Part shown: one piece after another, positions 16,579-25,914 of the stretch
Numbering within the stretch: the stretch's first letter is position 1
How the letters are laid out: each line of letters begins with the position of its first letter
Origin: Ignicoccus hospitalis KIN4/I
GTDB taxonomy: Archaea > Thermoproteota > Thermoprotei_A > Sulfolobales > Ignicoccaceae
Direction: 5' to 3'
Length of the DNA stretch: 32,000 nt
NCBI RefSeq assembly: GCF_000017945.1
Contig: NC_009776.1
Coordinates: 960,001 to 992,000 of the forward strand
The notes under the pieces: model-generated
What the model was told of the DNA's origin: nothing
Seen by the model: the letters and a program-made list of their open reading frames with translations, nothing else
Databases searched by the model: none
Position numbers and translations under genes: made by a program

Positions 16579-17386
16579 GGAGGGGGGCCAGCGACAAGAA
16601 CGCCGGGAGCCACGCCAAGGTCAAGGTTATTACGGACTTAGTAACGAGCTTGGTGTCGTAACCGTACGCGTAAGCTAGGGCTATGTTCATGAACGCCGGG
16701 GGCATGCTCGCCTCCAGCATTATCGACTTAGGTTCGGTGAGCAAGGCGACTGGAAGGGTCAAGGCGGGCAACAGCAAGTGCTTGAACGCTCCTACCTTGA
16801 GCACCTCCCAATCGACCCTTAGGTATTGGAACTCAAAGCTCAAGCCTAGTATCAACAAGCCCAGCTTGGAGAGCTCCGCGGCGAGGGCCTCCGTCCACCT
16901 CAGCCCCTCCAGTTGCTGGGAGAAGGGGCCGAGGAGGACCCCCAACAAGAACGTCACCGTAAACGGTTGGAGCTTGAAGAGCTTTCCCCTCCCCTTGCAG
17001 CTGTAGAGCGCCGCGAGGGTGTAGTGGACGAAGGTGGTCAACATAGCGTACGCCGCGGCGGCGCTGACCGAGCCCCCGGCGGCTAGGACGGCCGGAATTC
17101 CCAAGAATATTGTGTTCCCGAAGGCGGAAACTATACCAGCCGCCCCCTTCTTCTCGCACCCCTCAAAGGCCTTACGGGCCAAGTAGAACGTAATTACTTC
17201 CGCCACCAAGGCTAAGGGCAACAGCGGCTCGCTCTCGAGGTGAGTCCCGGCCCAGAAGCCCAGCACCGGGGCGACCGCGTAGACCAAGAACTTCGACAGC
17301 GGGGGCGCGAGCGCCTTAGCTCTGGTCCTCCCGAGAGGGAAGCCTAAGAGGAGGAGGGCTAAGGAGACGGCGTCCAAGGCGCTCAC
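16565..17386 (-). CDS. AEC-family (auxin efflux carrier / malate permease-like) transporter
   Basis: Hydrophobic multi-TM protein; GNTIFLGIPAVLAAGG; MLEASMPPAFMNIALAYAYGYDTKLVTKSVITLTLA. Start set at GTG 17386, overlapping the upstream gene stop (GTGA). Confidence 0.8.
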   Translation of the reverse strand: MSALDAVSLALLLLGFPLGRTRAKALAPPLSKFLVYAVAPVLGFWAGTHLESEPLLPLALVAEVITFYLARKAFEGCEKKGAAGIVSAFGNTIFLGIPAVLAAGGSVSAAAAYAMLTTFVHYTLAALYSCKGRGKLFKLQPFTVTFLLGVLLGPFSQQLEGLRWTEALAAELSKLGLLILGLSFEFQYLRVDWEVLKVGAFKHLLLPALTLPVALLTEPKSIMLEASMPPAFMNIALAYAYGYDTKLVTKSVITLTLAWLPAFLSLAPLLRAR

Positions 17387-18090
17387 CTTTTCACTTTGGA
17401 GACCAGCACCCCCACGGCCCTCTTCCACAGCTCGCAGTTCGCCTTGTTCGCGCAGTTGTTGCAAGGCCTCGCGTCCGGGTTGAACACTATCTCCTCTAGG
17501 TAACCCTTACACTTGAAGTCGTTGACCACCCTCCGTAAGAAACCCTCGTCCGCTTCGACCTTCTCTACCGTTACCTTGTTCGGAGTTATTATAACCACGT
17601 AAACGGGGACTCCCAAGGCGGCGGAGTAAGTCATGGTTTGGTAGTAGCTCCTCAGCCCCAGCTCCCCAGTGCTGCGGTACTTCAGCTCCACCGCGAACTC
17701 CTCTTGCGGGCACTTGACGTAGAGGTCCACGTGTCCCTTAACCACCACCTTCCCGGGCTCGCAGTCCACCTCGACCTCCTTCTTCACTTCCTTCTCGCTA
17801 ACCACCTCGCACCCATCTATGACCTTCTTGTCCACCGAGAGCTCGATGGAAGTGTGGACCAACTGCCCCAAGAGCCACGATATGCTGTTGTTCGAGCCCC
17901 TCAGGAGGGAGCTTATCAGCAACTCCGGGTTTTCCTCGTAGGAGTCTTGCTCCACGAAGTTCGCGCAGCCGCGGCTGAGCTTGGAAACGTGAACCACGGA
18001 GGGGTCCTCGTCGGAGCTCTGGAGCTTGTCCTCCCTCGCCCTTTCTACTATCGGCGTGAAGAGGAGTCGGAGTAGGCGCCCTTCATCCAC
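17383..18090 (-). CDS. Cas4-like PD-(D/E)XK nuclease with predicted Fe-S cluster cysteines
   Basis: Track ORF 17383..18363 with the low-complexity N-terminus trimmed. SRGC; GQLVHTSIE; GHVDLYV...FAVELKYR (H/D/ExK core); YYQTMTYSAAL; C-terminal CNNCANKANC (CX2CX5C). Confidence 0.78.
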   Translation of the reverse strand: MDEGRLLRLLFTPIVERAREDKLQSSDEDPSVVHVSKLSRGCANFVEQDSYEENPELLISSLLRGSNNSISWLLGQLVHTSIELSVDKKVIDGCEVVSEKEVKKEVEVDCEPGKVVVKGHVDLYVKCPQEEFAVELKYRSTGELGLRSYYQTMTYSAALGVPVYVVIITPNKVTVEKVEADEGFLRRVVNDFKCKGYLEEIVFNPDARPCNNCANKANCELWKRAVGVLVSKVKR

Positions 18091-18144
18091 ATCAAACCCC
18101 GCCTCGCCGCTTACATGCTGGCCTATAATCGGTTCCGCTCGCGC

Positions 18145-18157
18145 TATAACATAAATA
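18145..18157. promoter_or_regulatory. Candidate divergent promoter (TATAACATAAATA) for ilvB (+) and the Cas4-like gene (-)
   Basis: Only strong AT-rich element in the 18091-18283 spacer; minus strand reads TATTTATGTTATA. Confidence 0.5.
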
Positions 18158-18283
18158 CCCCTAAGCGAGCGGCCCCGAGGGCTGATGCCTTGGAATTGAG
18201 TTAACTTTCCCCGGACCCGTCTCGGGAAGGAGAGGAGCCGAGGGCAGCTCCTCAACAACAAAGGAGAGGAGGGGTGGTGCGAG

Positions 18284-20017
18284 GTGTACGTAGCTGACGC
18301 GCTGCTGGAGTCGTTAGAGAGGGAGGGCCTCAAGGTGGCCTTCGGAATACCGGGCAGCGCCAACCTGGGCCTTTACGAGAAGATACCGGACCACGACGTA
18401 GAAGTGATACTGATGAGGCACGAGCAAGGGGCCGCCCACGCCGCCGACGCTTACGGAAGGGTCAAGAGGAAGGTCCCCGGCGTGGCCTTCGCCACCTCCG
18501 GGCCCGGTGCGACCAACCTCGTGACCGGCCTGGCCACCGCATACATGGACAGCGCCCCCATGATAGCCGTAACCGGGCAAGTCCCCACCGTGGTCATGGG
18601 GAGGGACGCGTTCCAAGAGACGGACGTAGTGGGCGTAACGATGCCGATAACCAAGCACAGCTTCCTAGTTAGGAAGCCGGAGCAGATAACTTGGGCCATA
18701 AGGGCCGCTAAGATGATATCCGTCACCAACAGGCCGGGCCCGGTGCTGGTGGACGTTCCCAGGGACTTCTGGAGGGTGGACATTGACTTCTACTGGCCCA
18801 GCGACGAGGAGCTCCTAAGCGAGTGGATCCCGGGCTACCGGCCCAACCCGCCCAAGCCCAACCCGGACGCGATAATGAAGGCTGCAAAGCTGCTGGTGCA
18901 AGCTGAGAACCCCGTAATACTGGCCGGCGGGGGCGTTTGGTGGTCCTTCGCCACGGACGAGCTCCTCAAGCTCGCCGAGGTACTCATGGCGCCCGTGGTG
19001 ACGACCCTCATGGGCAAGAACGCCGTCCCGGCGGATCACCCGCTGGTCTTGGGCAACGCCGGCATGCACGGCAGGCCAGAGGCCAACTACGCATTATACA
19101 ACGCCGACGTGGTCCTAGCCGTCGGGACGAGGTTCTCCGACAGAACGGTAGGCAACTTCGAAGAGTTCAGGAGGGGGAAGAAGATAATACACATAGACAT
19201 AGACAAGAGCGAGATAGGCAAGAACATCGAACCGGACGTGGGCATAGTGGCGGACGCCAGAGAGGCCTTGAGGGTCTTGAGGAACTACATCGTCGAGGCC
19301 CTAAACTTCAAGAGGAACGAGGAGGTACCGCTCATCAGGAAGGCGAAGGAGTTCGGAGAGAGGGCTTGGGAGGTCCTCCTAAAGGAGAGGGGTAGGGGCT
19401 TGAAGCCGTGGAAGGTCTTGAAGATAGCTAGGGAAGAGCTGCCGAGGGACGCGATAATAACCACCGGGGTAGGCGGGCACCAGATGTGGGCGGCCTTACA
19501 TTACCCGGTCTACGTGCCGGGGACCTACTTGACCAGCGGGGGCCTGGGGACCATGGGCTACGGCTTCCCGGCGGCCATAGGGGCTAAGGCGGCCGCCCCG
19601 GACAAGCCGGTGTTGGACATAGACGGCGACGGCAGCTTCCTCATGACCTCCCAGAACTTGGCCACCGTAAAGCAGTACAACCTCAACGTGGGGGTGCTGG
19701 TGTTCGACAACGGCTCCCTCCAGCTGATAAGGCAGTGGCAAGACCTCTTCTTCAGCCACAGGAGGGTGGGCGAGAACCTAGCGTACTTGCCGGACTTCGT
19801 GAAGCTTGCGGAGAGCTTCGGGATAGAGGGGGTGAGGCCGGAGACCTACGAAGAGATGAGGAAGGCTCTGAGGAGGGTGGCCCAGGGGGAGGCGCTGGTG
19901 ATAGACTACATCGTCGACCCGGACATAATGGTGCTGCCAATGGTAGCGCCCGGCAAGGTGATATCGCCCGAGAACCTAATCTTAACCCCCGAACAAGCGG
20001 CCGGGATAAAGGTGTGA
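18284..20017 (+). CDS. ilvB: Acetolactate synthase large subunit
   Basis: 577 aa; VAFGIPG; MRHEQGAAHAADAYGR; ATSGPGATNLVTGLATAYMDSAPMIAVTGQV; FQETDVVGVTMPITKHSF; GTYLTSGGLGTMGYGFPAAIGAKAA; DIDGDGSF. Confidence 0.95.
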   Translation: MYVADALLESLEREGLKVAFGIPGSANLGLYEKIPDHDVEVILMRHEQGAAHAADAYGRVKRKVPGVAFATSGPGATNLVTGLATAYMDSAPMIAVTGQVPTVVMGRDAFQETDVVGVTMPITKHSFLVRKPEQITWAIRAAKMISVTNRPGPVLVDVPRDFWRVDIDFYWPSDEELLSEWIPGYRPNPPKPNPDAIMKAAKLLVQAENPVILAGGGVWWSFATDELLKLAEVLMAPVVTTLMGKNAVPADHPLVLGNAGMHGRPEANYALYNADVVLAVGTRFSDRTVGNFEEFRRGKKIIHIDIDKSEIGKNIEPDVGIVADAREALRVLRNYIVEALNFKRNEEVPLIRKAKEFGERAWEVLLKERGRGLKPWKVLKIAREELPRDAIITTGVGGHQMWAALHYPVYVPGTYLTSGGLGTMGYGFPAAIGAKAAAPDKPVLDIDGDGSFLMTSQNLATVKQYNLNVGVLVFDNGSLQLIRQWQDLFFSHRRVGENLAYLPDFVKLAESFGIEGVRPETYEEMRKALRRVAQGEALVIDYIVDPDIMVLPMVAPGKVISPENLILTPEQAAGIKV

Positions 20018-20030
20018 GGAGGTGGTAGCG

Positions 20031-20321
20031 ATGAGCGAGGTGGAGACCTACGTCATAAGGTTCTCCATATACGCAGCGGTGGACGGCGGGCTGGACGGCC
20101 TGGCGAGGGCGATACACGTGGTTAGGAAGGCGCCGATAACCTTCCACGACATGGCCGTAATAGACTCTGGGAAGACCAAAGAGGTGAGTTTGAGGATAAG
20201 CGGAAAGAAGAAGGACGTAGAGTGGTTGGCGAAGAAGCTGGAGAAAGTGGTAGAAGTGTTGGAGGTCAAGGTCCAAAAGATACCGGCAGAGATAGCGGTG
20301 ACCAGCGTCCAACGCTCATAA
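20031..20321 (+). CDS. ACT-domain protein, probable acetolactate synthase small/regulatory subunit
   Basis: Immediately downstream of ilvB with a GGAGGTGG Shine-Dalgarno before ATG 20031; YVIRFSIYAAVDGGLDGLARAIHVVRKAPITFHDMAVIDSGK. Confidence 0.65.
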   Translation: MSEVETYVIRFSIYAAVDGGLDGLARAIHVVRKAPITFHDMAVIDSGKTKEVSLRISGKKKDVEWLAKKLEKVVEVLEVKVQKIPAEIAVTSVQRS

Positions 20322-20324
20322 CCT

Positions 20325-20363
20325 CTCCTCCGGGCCCCTTCCAGGAGGGGCCCGTTGGAGGAG
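20325..20363. other. Perfect GC-rich hairpin spanning the start of the HIT gene
   Basis: CGGGCCCCT (20331-20339)/AGGGGCCCG (20346-20354), 9 bp with loop TCCAGG, plus outer CTCCTC (20325-20330)/GAGGAG (20358-20363) with a TTG bulge. Confidence 0.6.
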
Positions 20364-20768
20364 TGCGTGTTTTGTAAGATAGTCAGGGGAGAGCTCCCCT
20401 CGTGGAAGGTCTACGAGGACGAGGACGTGGTCGCCTTCTTAGACATAAACCCCGCCACGCCGGGCCACACCTTGGTCGTGCCCAAACAGCACTATAGGAA
20501 CATCTTGGACACTCCGGACGAGGTAGTAGCGAAGGTGTTCAAAGTAGCGAAGAAGATCTCAGAGGCGGTCGTAAAGGGTTTGGGGGCTAAGGGGGTGAAC
20601 GTCATAACCAACGCCGAAGGGGTCGCGGGGCAAGTGGTATTCCACTTCCACGTCCACGTGGTCCCGAGGTACTCCCCGGACGAGCTGAAGTTCCAGTACA
20701 CGCCGAAGAAGTACTCCGAAGAGGAGGCGCAAGAGGTCGCTAGGAAGATAAGAGAAGCTCTCGGATGA
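20355..20768 (+). CDS. HIT-family hydrolase
   Basis: CVFCKIVRGELPSWKVYEDEDVVAFLDINPATPGHTLVVPKQHYRN; FHFHVHVVPRY. Confidence 0.95.
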   Translation: MEECVFCKIVRGELPSWKVYEDEDVVAFLDINPATPGHTLVVPKQHYRNILDTPDEVVAKVFKVAKKISEAVVKGLGAKGVNVITNAEGVAGQVVFHFHVHVVPRYSPDELKFQYTPKKYSEEEAQEVARKIREALG

Positions 20769-20807
20769 TTTTATTTTCCCCAGACCCCAAGCCTTGGGTA
20801 ACGAGGA

Positions 20808-22088
20808 GTGGAGCTTCCGAACAAATGGTATAACATACTCCCCGACCTCCCCAAGCCCTTGGCCCCTCCGAGAGACCCCGAGGGGGCGGAGGAGGAGTTC
20901 TCGAGGATAGAGCTGTTGCTAAAGGTGTTGCCACAAAAGCTCATCTGGCAAGAGAACACCGTGGAGCGCTGGGTCCCCATACCGGACGAGGTGTTGGAGG
21001 TTTACAAGGAAATAGGGAGGCCCACCCCCCTCATGAGGGCGAGGAGGCTGGAGAAGCTCCTAGACACCCCGGCCCGCATTTACTTCAAGTACGAGGGCGC
21101 CACCCCCACCGGCAGCCACAAGATAAACACTGCCGTCCCACAAGCCTACTACGCTAAGGAGGAGGGAGTGGAGGGCCTCACCACCGAGACCGGGGCCGGC
21201 CAGTGGGGCACGGCCTTGGCCTTGGCCGGCGCGATGTACGACATGCCGGTCAAGGTGTTTATGGTGAGGAGCAGCTACCACCAGAAGCCCTACCGCAGAG
21301 TAATAATGAGGCTCTACGGCGCCGACGTCACCCCCTCGCCCAGCGAGGAGACCGAGTTCGGGAAGAAGGTGTTGAGGGAGAACCCCGACCACCCCGGAAG
21401 CTTGGGGATCGCCATGAGCGAGGCCATAGAATACGCTTTGAAGAGGAACTGGAGGTACGGCGTCGGGTCAGTAATGAACTTCGTGCTCCTACACCAATCG
21501 ATCATAGGCCTCGAGGCCATGAAGCAGATGGAGGAGATCGGCGAGGACCCGGACGTGTTAGTGGCTTGCATAGGCGGGGGCTCTAACTTCGGGGGCTTGG
21601 TGTTCCCCTTCTTGGGGCAAGAGCTCCAGAAGACCAAGGACCCCAAGAAGAAGAGGAGGAGGTACGTGGGAGTTACCCCCTCTGAGGTGCCCAAGTTCAG
21701 CAAGGGCAAGTACGAGTACGACTTCGCCGACGCGGCCGGCCTCCTCCCGCAGCTCAAGATGCACACCTTAGGCCACGAGTTCACCCCGCCCCCCATATAC
21801 GCGGGGGGACTGAGGTACCACGGGGTGGCCCCGGCCATATCCTTGCTCTACGAGGAAGGGTGGATCGAAATTATGGAGTACGAACAGAAGGAGTGCTTCG
21901 AGGCCGGCAGGCTCTTCGCCAAGGCCGAGGGAATTGTGCCGGCGCCGGAGACAAACCACGCGATCAAGGCGGTTATAGACCTTGCTTTGGAAGCTAAGAG
22001 GAAGAACGAAGAGATGGTAATACTCTTCAACTTCAGTGGCCACGGGTTGTTAGACCTGGGCAACTACCAGAGCGTCTTGGGCTTGTGA
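20808..22088 (+). CDS. trpB2: Tryptophan synthase beta chain, TrpB2-type
   Basis: 426 aa; [39 protein letters not shown]; [15 protein letters not shown]; [10 protein letters not shown]; N-terminal extension typical of the TrpB2 class; TATA-like TTTTATTTT at about 20770. Confidence 0.92.
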   Translation: MELPNKWYNILPDLPKPLAPPRDPEGAEEEFSRIELLLKVLPQKLIWQENTVERWVPIPDEVLEVYKEIGRPTPLMRARRLEKLLDTPARIYFKYEGATPTGSHKINTAVPQAYYAKEEGVEGLTTETGAGQWGTALALAGAMYDMPVKVFMVRSSYHQKPYRRVIMRLYGADVTPSPSEETEFGKKVLRENPDHPGSLGIAMSEAIEYALKRNWRYGVGSVMNFVLLHQSIIGLEAMKQMEEIGEDPDVLVACIGGGSNFGGLVFPFLGQELQKTKDPKKKRRRYVGVTPSEVPKFSKGKYEYDFADAAGLLPQLKMHTLGHEFTPPPIYAGGLRYHGVAPAISLLYEEGWIEIMEYEQKECFEAGRLFAKAEGIVPAPETNHAIKAVIDLALEAKRKNEEMVILFNFSGHGLLDLGNYQSVLGL

Positions 22089-22102
22089 GGGGATGGCCCC
22101 GA

Positions 22103-23797
22103 ATGCCGGTGCCTTGTCCCTTCTGCGGAGTGGGGTGCAAGCTCAAGGAGGACGGCAAGCCGTTGGGCCCGGTGTGCGGCAAGGGGCTCGAGGCCTTCGA
22201 GTACTACAAGAACGTCTTGGAGAGGCCCCTCCTCCGGGAGGGCGACCTCTTCGTAGAGGTCAGCTTGGAGGAGGCGGCGGAGAGGGCGGCCGAGTGGATT
22301 AGGCAGTCCAAAGCCCCCTTCTTCGCGGGCTCCGCGGAAGACACAAACGAGAGCGCTTGGGCCCTCCAGAAGCTCGCGCGCTTCTTGGGGACCAACGCGG
22401 TGGACCACTGCGGGAGGGTGTGCCACTCCTCGAGCGTGGAGGCTTACAAGCTGATCTTCGGCAAACCCGTAACTCCCTTCAAGATGAGCGATAAGCTCGA
22501 GGAAGTCTTGGTGGTGGGCAGCGACGTCAGCGTGACTTACCCGGTCTTCTGGGGCAAGATAAAGAGGGAGGCCAAGAGGGTTGTGGTAGTGGACGCTTGG
22601 AAGAGCTTCACCATGCTTCAAGCGGACGAGGGGCTCTTAGTTCCCCCGGGCCCGGGCTTCTTGGCCTTCTCAGAGGTTATTTATTCCATAACCTATGGGA
22701 AGGACGTGCCTCGGTGGACGGAGGACTGGGTGGACGTCCGCGAGGTGAAGGAGATCTGGAACTCCTTCGAGAGGCCCTCCTTGGTCCACGGCATGGGCGT
22801 GACCCAGTCCGGCTACGGCTACCAAGCGACGGCGCGCTTGATCTTGGCCACCTTGAAGAGGGGAGGGACCGTCGCCACCCTCAGGGGGAAGGTGAACGTC
22901 CAAGGGGCGGGGGACATGGGCCTCAACCCCTACCCCCCAGCCCCCAGAGAGGCCTTGGAGGAGGCTTGGGGCTTCCCGGTCCCCGCCGAAAGGGGGCCCG
23001 ACCTCGTGGAGGCGTTCAAGGAGCCGAGGGACTTCTACTTGGTCCACTGCCAGAACGTGGTGGCCTCCCTCCCCAACTCTTTCGCCGTGGGGGAAGCGTT
23101 GGAGAACGCGAAGGTGATCCACGTAACTCCGAAGTTTACAGAGACCAGCGTGTTCGCGGACATGATAGTGCCCTCCAGCCCGGTGATCTTCACCACCGGG
23201 ACGGTCACCTCCGGGGACGGCTTGGTGACCGCGGTGAGGACCAGTACCAACAGAGCTTACGAGTTCTTCAGGTTGGTGGCAGAGTACTTGGGCTTGTACC
23301 TTCCTAAGGACGTAAAGGAAGTTACTGAAGAAGCCTTCAGCTTGGTAGACCACTACAAGAAGATAGACGTGAAGCGGCTCTACGCCGGGGAGGACCAGTA
23401 CGTGGAGAAGCCCGAGGGGTGGAGGGAGGTCGACCCGCCGGAGGCCAAGCTCTTGGACTACCACTTGAAGGAGGGCTACTGGTTCTACACCGCCAGGGAC
23501 CCGGCGCTCTGGACGACCAAAGGGGGGACTAAGATGATGAAGAGGCACGCAATGAAGGAGGCGTTCTACTTCGGGGAGGACCCCGGGTGCGAGGCGGTGG
23601 AGGTCTGCTCCGAGGAGACCGGCCGCTGCGTCGAGGGGGAGGTCCGGGTCAGCGAGAGGGTTCCCAAAGGCATGGTCCTCGCGTTCTTCAACCACCTAGG
23701 CCTGAAGGTAAACGCCGTAATACCGTGGGAGCCCAGGGAGCCGACCGGGACGCCGGTCTACAAGGCCGCCAAGGTAAAGGTGAGGTGCCTCAGATAG
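22103..23797 (+). CDS. Molybdopterin oxidoreductase, formate dehydrogenase alpha subunit-like, compact (about 564 aa)
   Basis: N-terminal 4Fe-4S CPFCGVGCKL...CGKG; VDHCGRVCHSSSV, equivalent to the FdhF CARV(U/C)HGPSV active site; TLRGKVNVQGAGDMGLNPYP. GTG 22085 is an alternative start overlapping the trpB2 stop. Confidence 0.82.
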   Translation: MPVPCPFCGVGCKLKEDGKPLGPVCGKGLEAFEYYKNVLERPLLREGDLFVEVSLEEAAERAAEWIRQSKAPFFAGSAEDTNESAWALQKLARFLGTNAVDHCGRVCHSSSVEAYKLIFGKPVTPFKMSDKLEEVLVVGSDVSVTYPVFWGKIKREAKRVVVVDAWKSFTMLQADEGLLVPPGPGFLAFSEVIYSITYGKDVPRWTEDWVDVREVKEIWNSFERPSLVHGMGVTQSGYGYQATARLILATLKRGGTVATLRGKVNVQGAGDMGLNPYPPAPREALEEAWGFPVPAERGPDLVEAFKEPRDFYLVHCQNVVASLPNSFAVGEALENAKVIHVTPKFTETSVFADMIVPSSPVIFTTGTVTSGDGLVTAVRTSTNRAYEFFRLVAEYLGLYLPKDVKEVTEEAFSLVDHYKKIDVKRLYAGEDQYVEKPEGWREVDPPEAKLLDYHLKEGYWFYTARDPALWTTKGGTKMMKRHAMKEAFYFGEDPGCEAVEVCSEETGRCVEGEVRVSERVPKGMVLAFFNHLGLKVNAVIPWEPREPTGTPVYKAAKVKVRCLR

Positions 23798-24962
23798 AGC
23801 TCAAGGCTTGGTCCAAGTCGGCCTCCAAGTCCTCCACGTTTTCCAAGCCAACGCTCAACCTCAGCAAGTTGTCCTTTATCCCGAGCTCCTTCCTCACCTC
23901 GGGGGGGACGGTGTGGTGGGTCATGGTGGCGGGGTGAGTTATTATGCTCTCCACCCCTCCGAGGGAGGCGGTCCTCTGAACTACCTTGACCTTCTTCATG
24001 ACCTTTATCGCGTCGAACCCGTTGCCCCTAACCTCGAAGCTCACCACCCCTCCGCAGCCCTTGAGGAGCCTCTTCGCCACCGGGTAGCTGGGGTGCTCCT
24101 CCAAGCAAGGGTAGTAAACCCTCTCAACCTTCGGGTGGTCCCTCAAGAACTTCGCTATCCTCAGGGCGGCCTCGTTCTGGTAGGCGACCCTCACGTGCAA
24201 GGTCTTGAGGCCCCTTATTATGAAGTAAGCTTGCTGGGGGTCGGGGATGCCCCCTAGCATCCTCCTCACGTTCTTCAAGTTGAGTGCGAACTTCTTATCG
24301 TTGGTGGCGAATATACCTCCCAAGACGTCGTTGTGGCCGGCCAAGTACTTGCTGGCGCTGTGCACGACCCCGTAGGCCCCAACCTTCAAGGGCAAGAAGT
24401 TTATCGGGGTGGCGAAGGTGTTGTCAACTATAAGCTTGGCCCCGACCTCCTCGCAAGCCTTAGCTATCTCGTCCACGGGCGGGACTATGAGCAAAGGATT
24501 ACTTATGGTCTCTACGAAGACCACGTCGGTATTCTTGTCTATCCTCTCGAGCACCCCCTCCCCCACCCCTCTCTCGTCCACTTCAATGCCGTACGACCTA
24601 AGGAACGTGGTGAAGAACTCGTAGCTCGTCCCGTAAATGTCCTTAGTGGTGACCAACTTGGACCCCGGCTTGAGGAGGGCCATGGCGGCGGAGCTTATGG
24701 CAGCCATGCCGCTGGAGAAGGCAACGGCCTCCGCGGCCCTTTCTACGGCTGCTGCCTTCCTTTCCAAGGCCTCTATAGTCGGGCTGGAGTTCCTGGCGTA
24801 CTTGTAGCCGTAGGGGTTCCCCTCCGGGTACTTGTATATCGCCGAGACGAAGATAGGAGTGACTATGGAACCCGTCTCGGAGTCCCTATACTCTCCCCCG
24901 TGAACTAGTCTGGTCTCCTCTTCCCAGTCCTCCGGCGGTTCTACGAACACCATCGCCATCAC
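23790..24962 (-). CDS. Cystathionine gamma-synthase/lyase family PLP enzyme
   Basis: 390 aa; ETRLVHGGEYRDSETGSIVTPIF; AFSSGMAAISSAAMALL; YGTSYEFF; VVHSASKYLAGHNDVLGG; LGGVESIITHPATMTHHTVP; LLRLSVGLENVEDLEADLDQAL. Confidence 0.93.
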   Translation of the reverse strand: MMAMVFVEPPEDWEEETRLVHGGEYRDSETGSIVTPIFVSAIYKYPEGNPYGYKYARNSSPTIEALERKAAAVERAAEAVAFSSGMAAISSAAMALLKPGSKLVTTKDIYGTSYEFFTTFLRSYGIEVDERGVGEGVLERIDKNTDVVFVETISNPLLIVPPVDEIAKACEEVGAKLIVDNTFATPINFLPLKVGAYGVVHSASKYLAGHNDVLGGIFATNDKKFALNLKNVRRMLGGIPDPQQAYFIIRGLKTLHVRVAYQNEAALRIAKFLRDHPKVERVYYPCLEEHPSYPVAKRLLKGCGGVVSFEVRGNGFDAIKVMKKVKVVQRTASLGGVESIITHPATMTHHTVPPEVRKELGIKDNLLRLSVGLENVEDLEADLDQALSSI

Positions 24963-25042
24963 CCCCGCGCATGGCTATCTTCAAGGGCCTCCGGCCGGAC
25001 GCACAAAAAGGCTTTGGGCCCCAGCGAGCCCGGAGCTGAGCC

Positions 25043-25861
25043 TTGCCGGCCTTCCCCCCTGAGCCCGGAGAGAGGGTCGAGGTAGCCATAATAGGGGGCT
25101 CCGGCCTTTACGACCCCGAAATACTGGAGGGCGTCAAGGAGCTCAAGGTCTACACCCCCTACGGCCCGCCGAGCGACAACATAATAGTAGGCACCCTCAA
25201 GGGTAAGAGGGTAGCCTTCCTGCCCCGCCACGGCAGGGGGCACAAGATACCTCCCCACAAGGTCAACTACCGGGCCAACATATGGGCCCTCAAGAGCTTG
25301 GGGGCCAAGTGGGTTATATCGGTCTCCGCCGTGGGCAGCTTGAGGGAGGACTACAAGCCCGGCGACTTCGTAATCCCAGACCAGTTCATAGACATGACCA
25401 AAAAGAGGGAGTACACCTTCTTCGACGGGCCCGTGGTCGCCCACGTGAGCGTGGCCGAGCCCTTCTGCGAGGACTTGAGGAGGCTCGCGTACGAGACGGC
25501 GAAGGAGCTGGGGATAAGGGTCCACGACAAGGGGACGTACGTTTGCATAGAGGGACCCAGGTTCTCCACGAAGGCGGAGAGCAGGATTTGGAAGGAGGTA
25601 TTCAAGGCCGACGTAATAGGGATGACCTTGGTGCCCGAGGTCAACCTCGCTTGCGAGGCGCAGATGTGTTACGCCACCGTAGCGATGGTGACCGATTACG
25701 ACGTGTGGGCGGAGAGGCCGGTGACCGCGCAGGAGGTCATAGAAACCATGCAGAGGAACACTGAGAACGCTAAGAAGCTGTTGTACTCATTGATCCCCAA
25801 GTTGCCGGAGGAGCCGGAGAGGTGCAGCTGCTGCAACTCGCTGGAGACGGCCCTTCTCTAA
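25043..25861 (+). CDS. mtnP: S-methyl-5'-thioadenosine phosphorylase
   Basis: [11 protein letters not shown]; [42 protein letters not shown]; [14 protein letters not shown]; [30 protein letters not shown]. Confidence 0.95.
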   Translation: MPAFPPEPGERVEVAIIGGSGLYDPEILEGVKELKVYTPYGPPSDNIIVGTLKGKRVAFLPRHGRGHKIPPHKVNYRANIWALKSLGAKWVISVSAVGSLREDYKPGDFVIPDQFIDMTKKREYTFFDGPVVAHVSVAEPFCEDLRRLAYETAKELGIRVHDKGTYVCIEGPRFSTKAESRIWKEVFKADVIGMTLVPEVNLACEAQMCYATVAMVTDYDVWAERPVTAQEVIETMQRNTENAKKLLYSLIPKLPEEPERCSCCNSLETALL

Positions 25862-25914
25862 TAAACCCCGTTTCCTAGCCCCGCCAACGGGTCGCGGAGT
25901 TGGGAAGGAGGAGG

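Noticed and set aside
16095-16613. N-terminal half of the 320-aa minus ORF
   Set aside because: Fully opposes the tandem-CBS gene and is Ser/Thr-rich noise; only the 15651-16094 part looks coding.
18091-18363. N-terminal extension of the Cas4-like ORF into ilvB
   Set aside because: Crosses the promoter region and opposes the ilvB start; the GTG at 18090 better fits the family architecture.
20010-20045. GTGAGGA overlapping the ilvB stop, resembling the stop-embedded C boxes
   Set aside because: No CCGA/CTGA partner at guide distance; better explained as the Shine-Dalgarno (GGAGGTGG) of the ACT gene.
22597-23695. Large shadow ORFs on both strands (236 aa +, 341 aa -)
   Set aside because: Overlap the formate-dehydrogenase-like gene, which carries clear cofactor motifs; the shadow frames have R/G/H-rich composition only.
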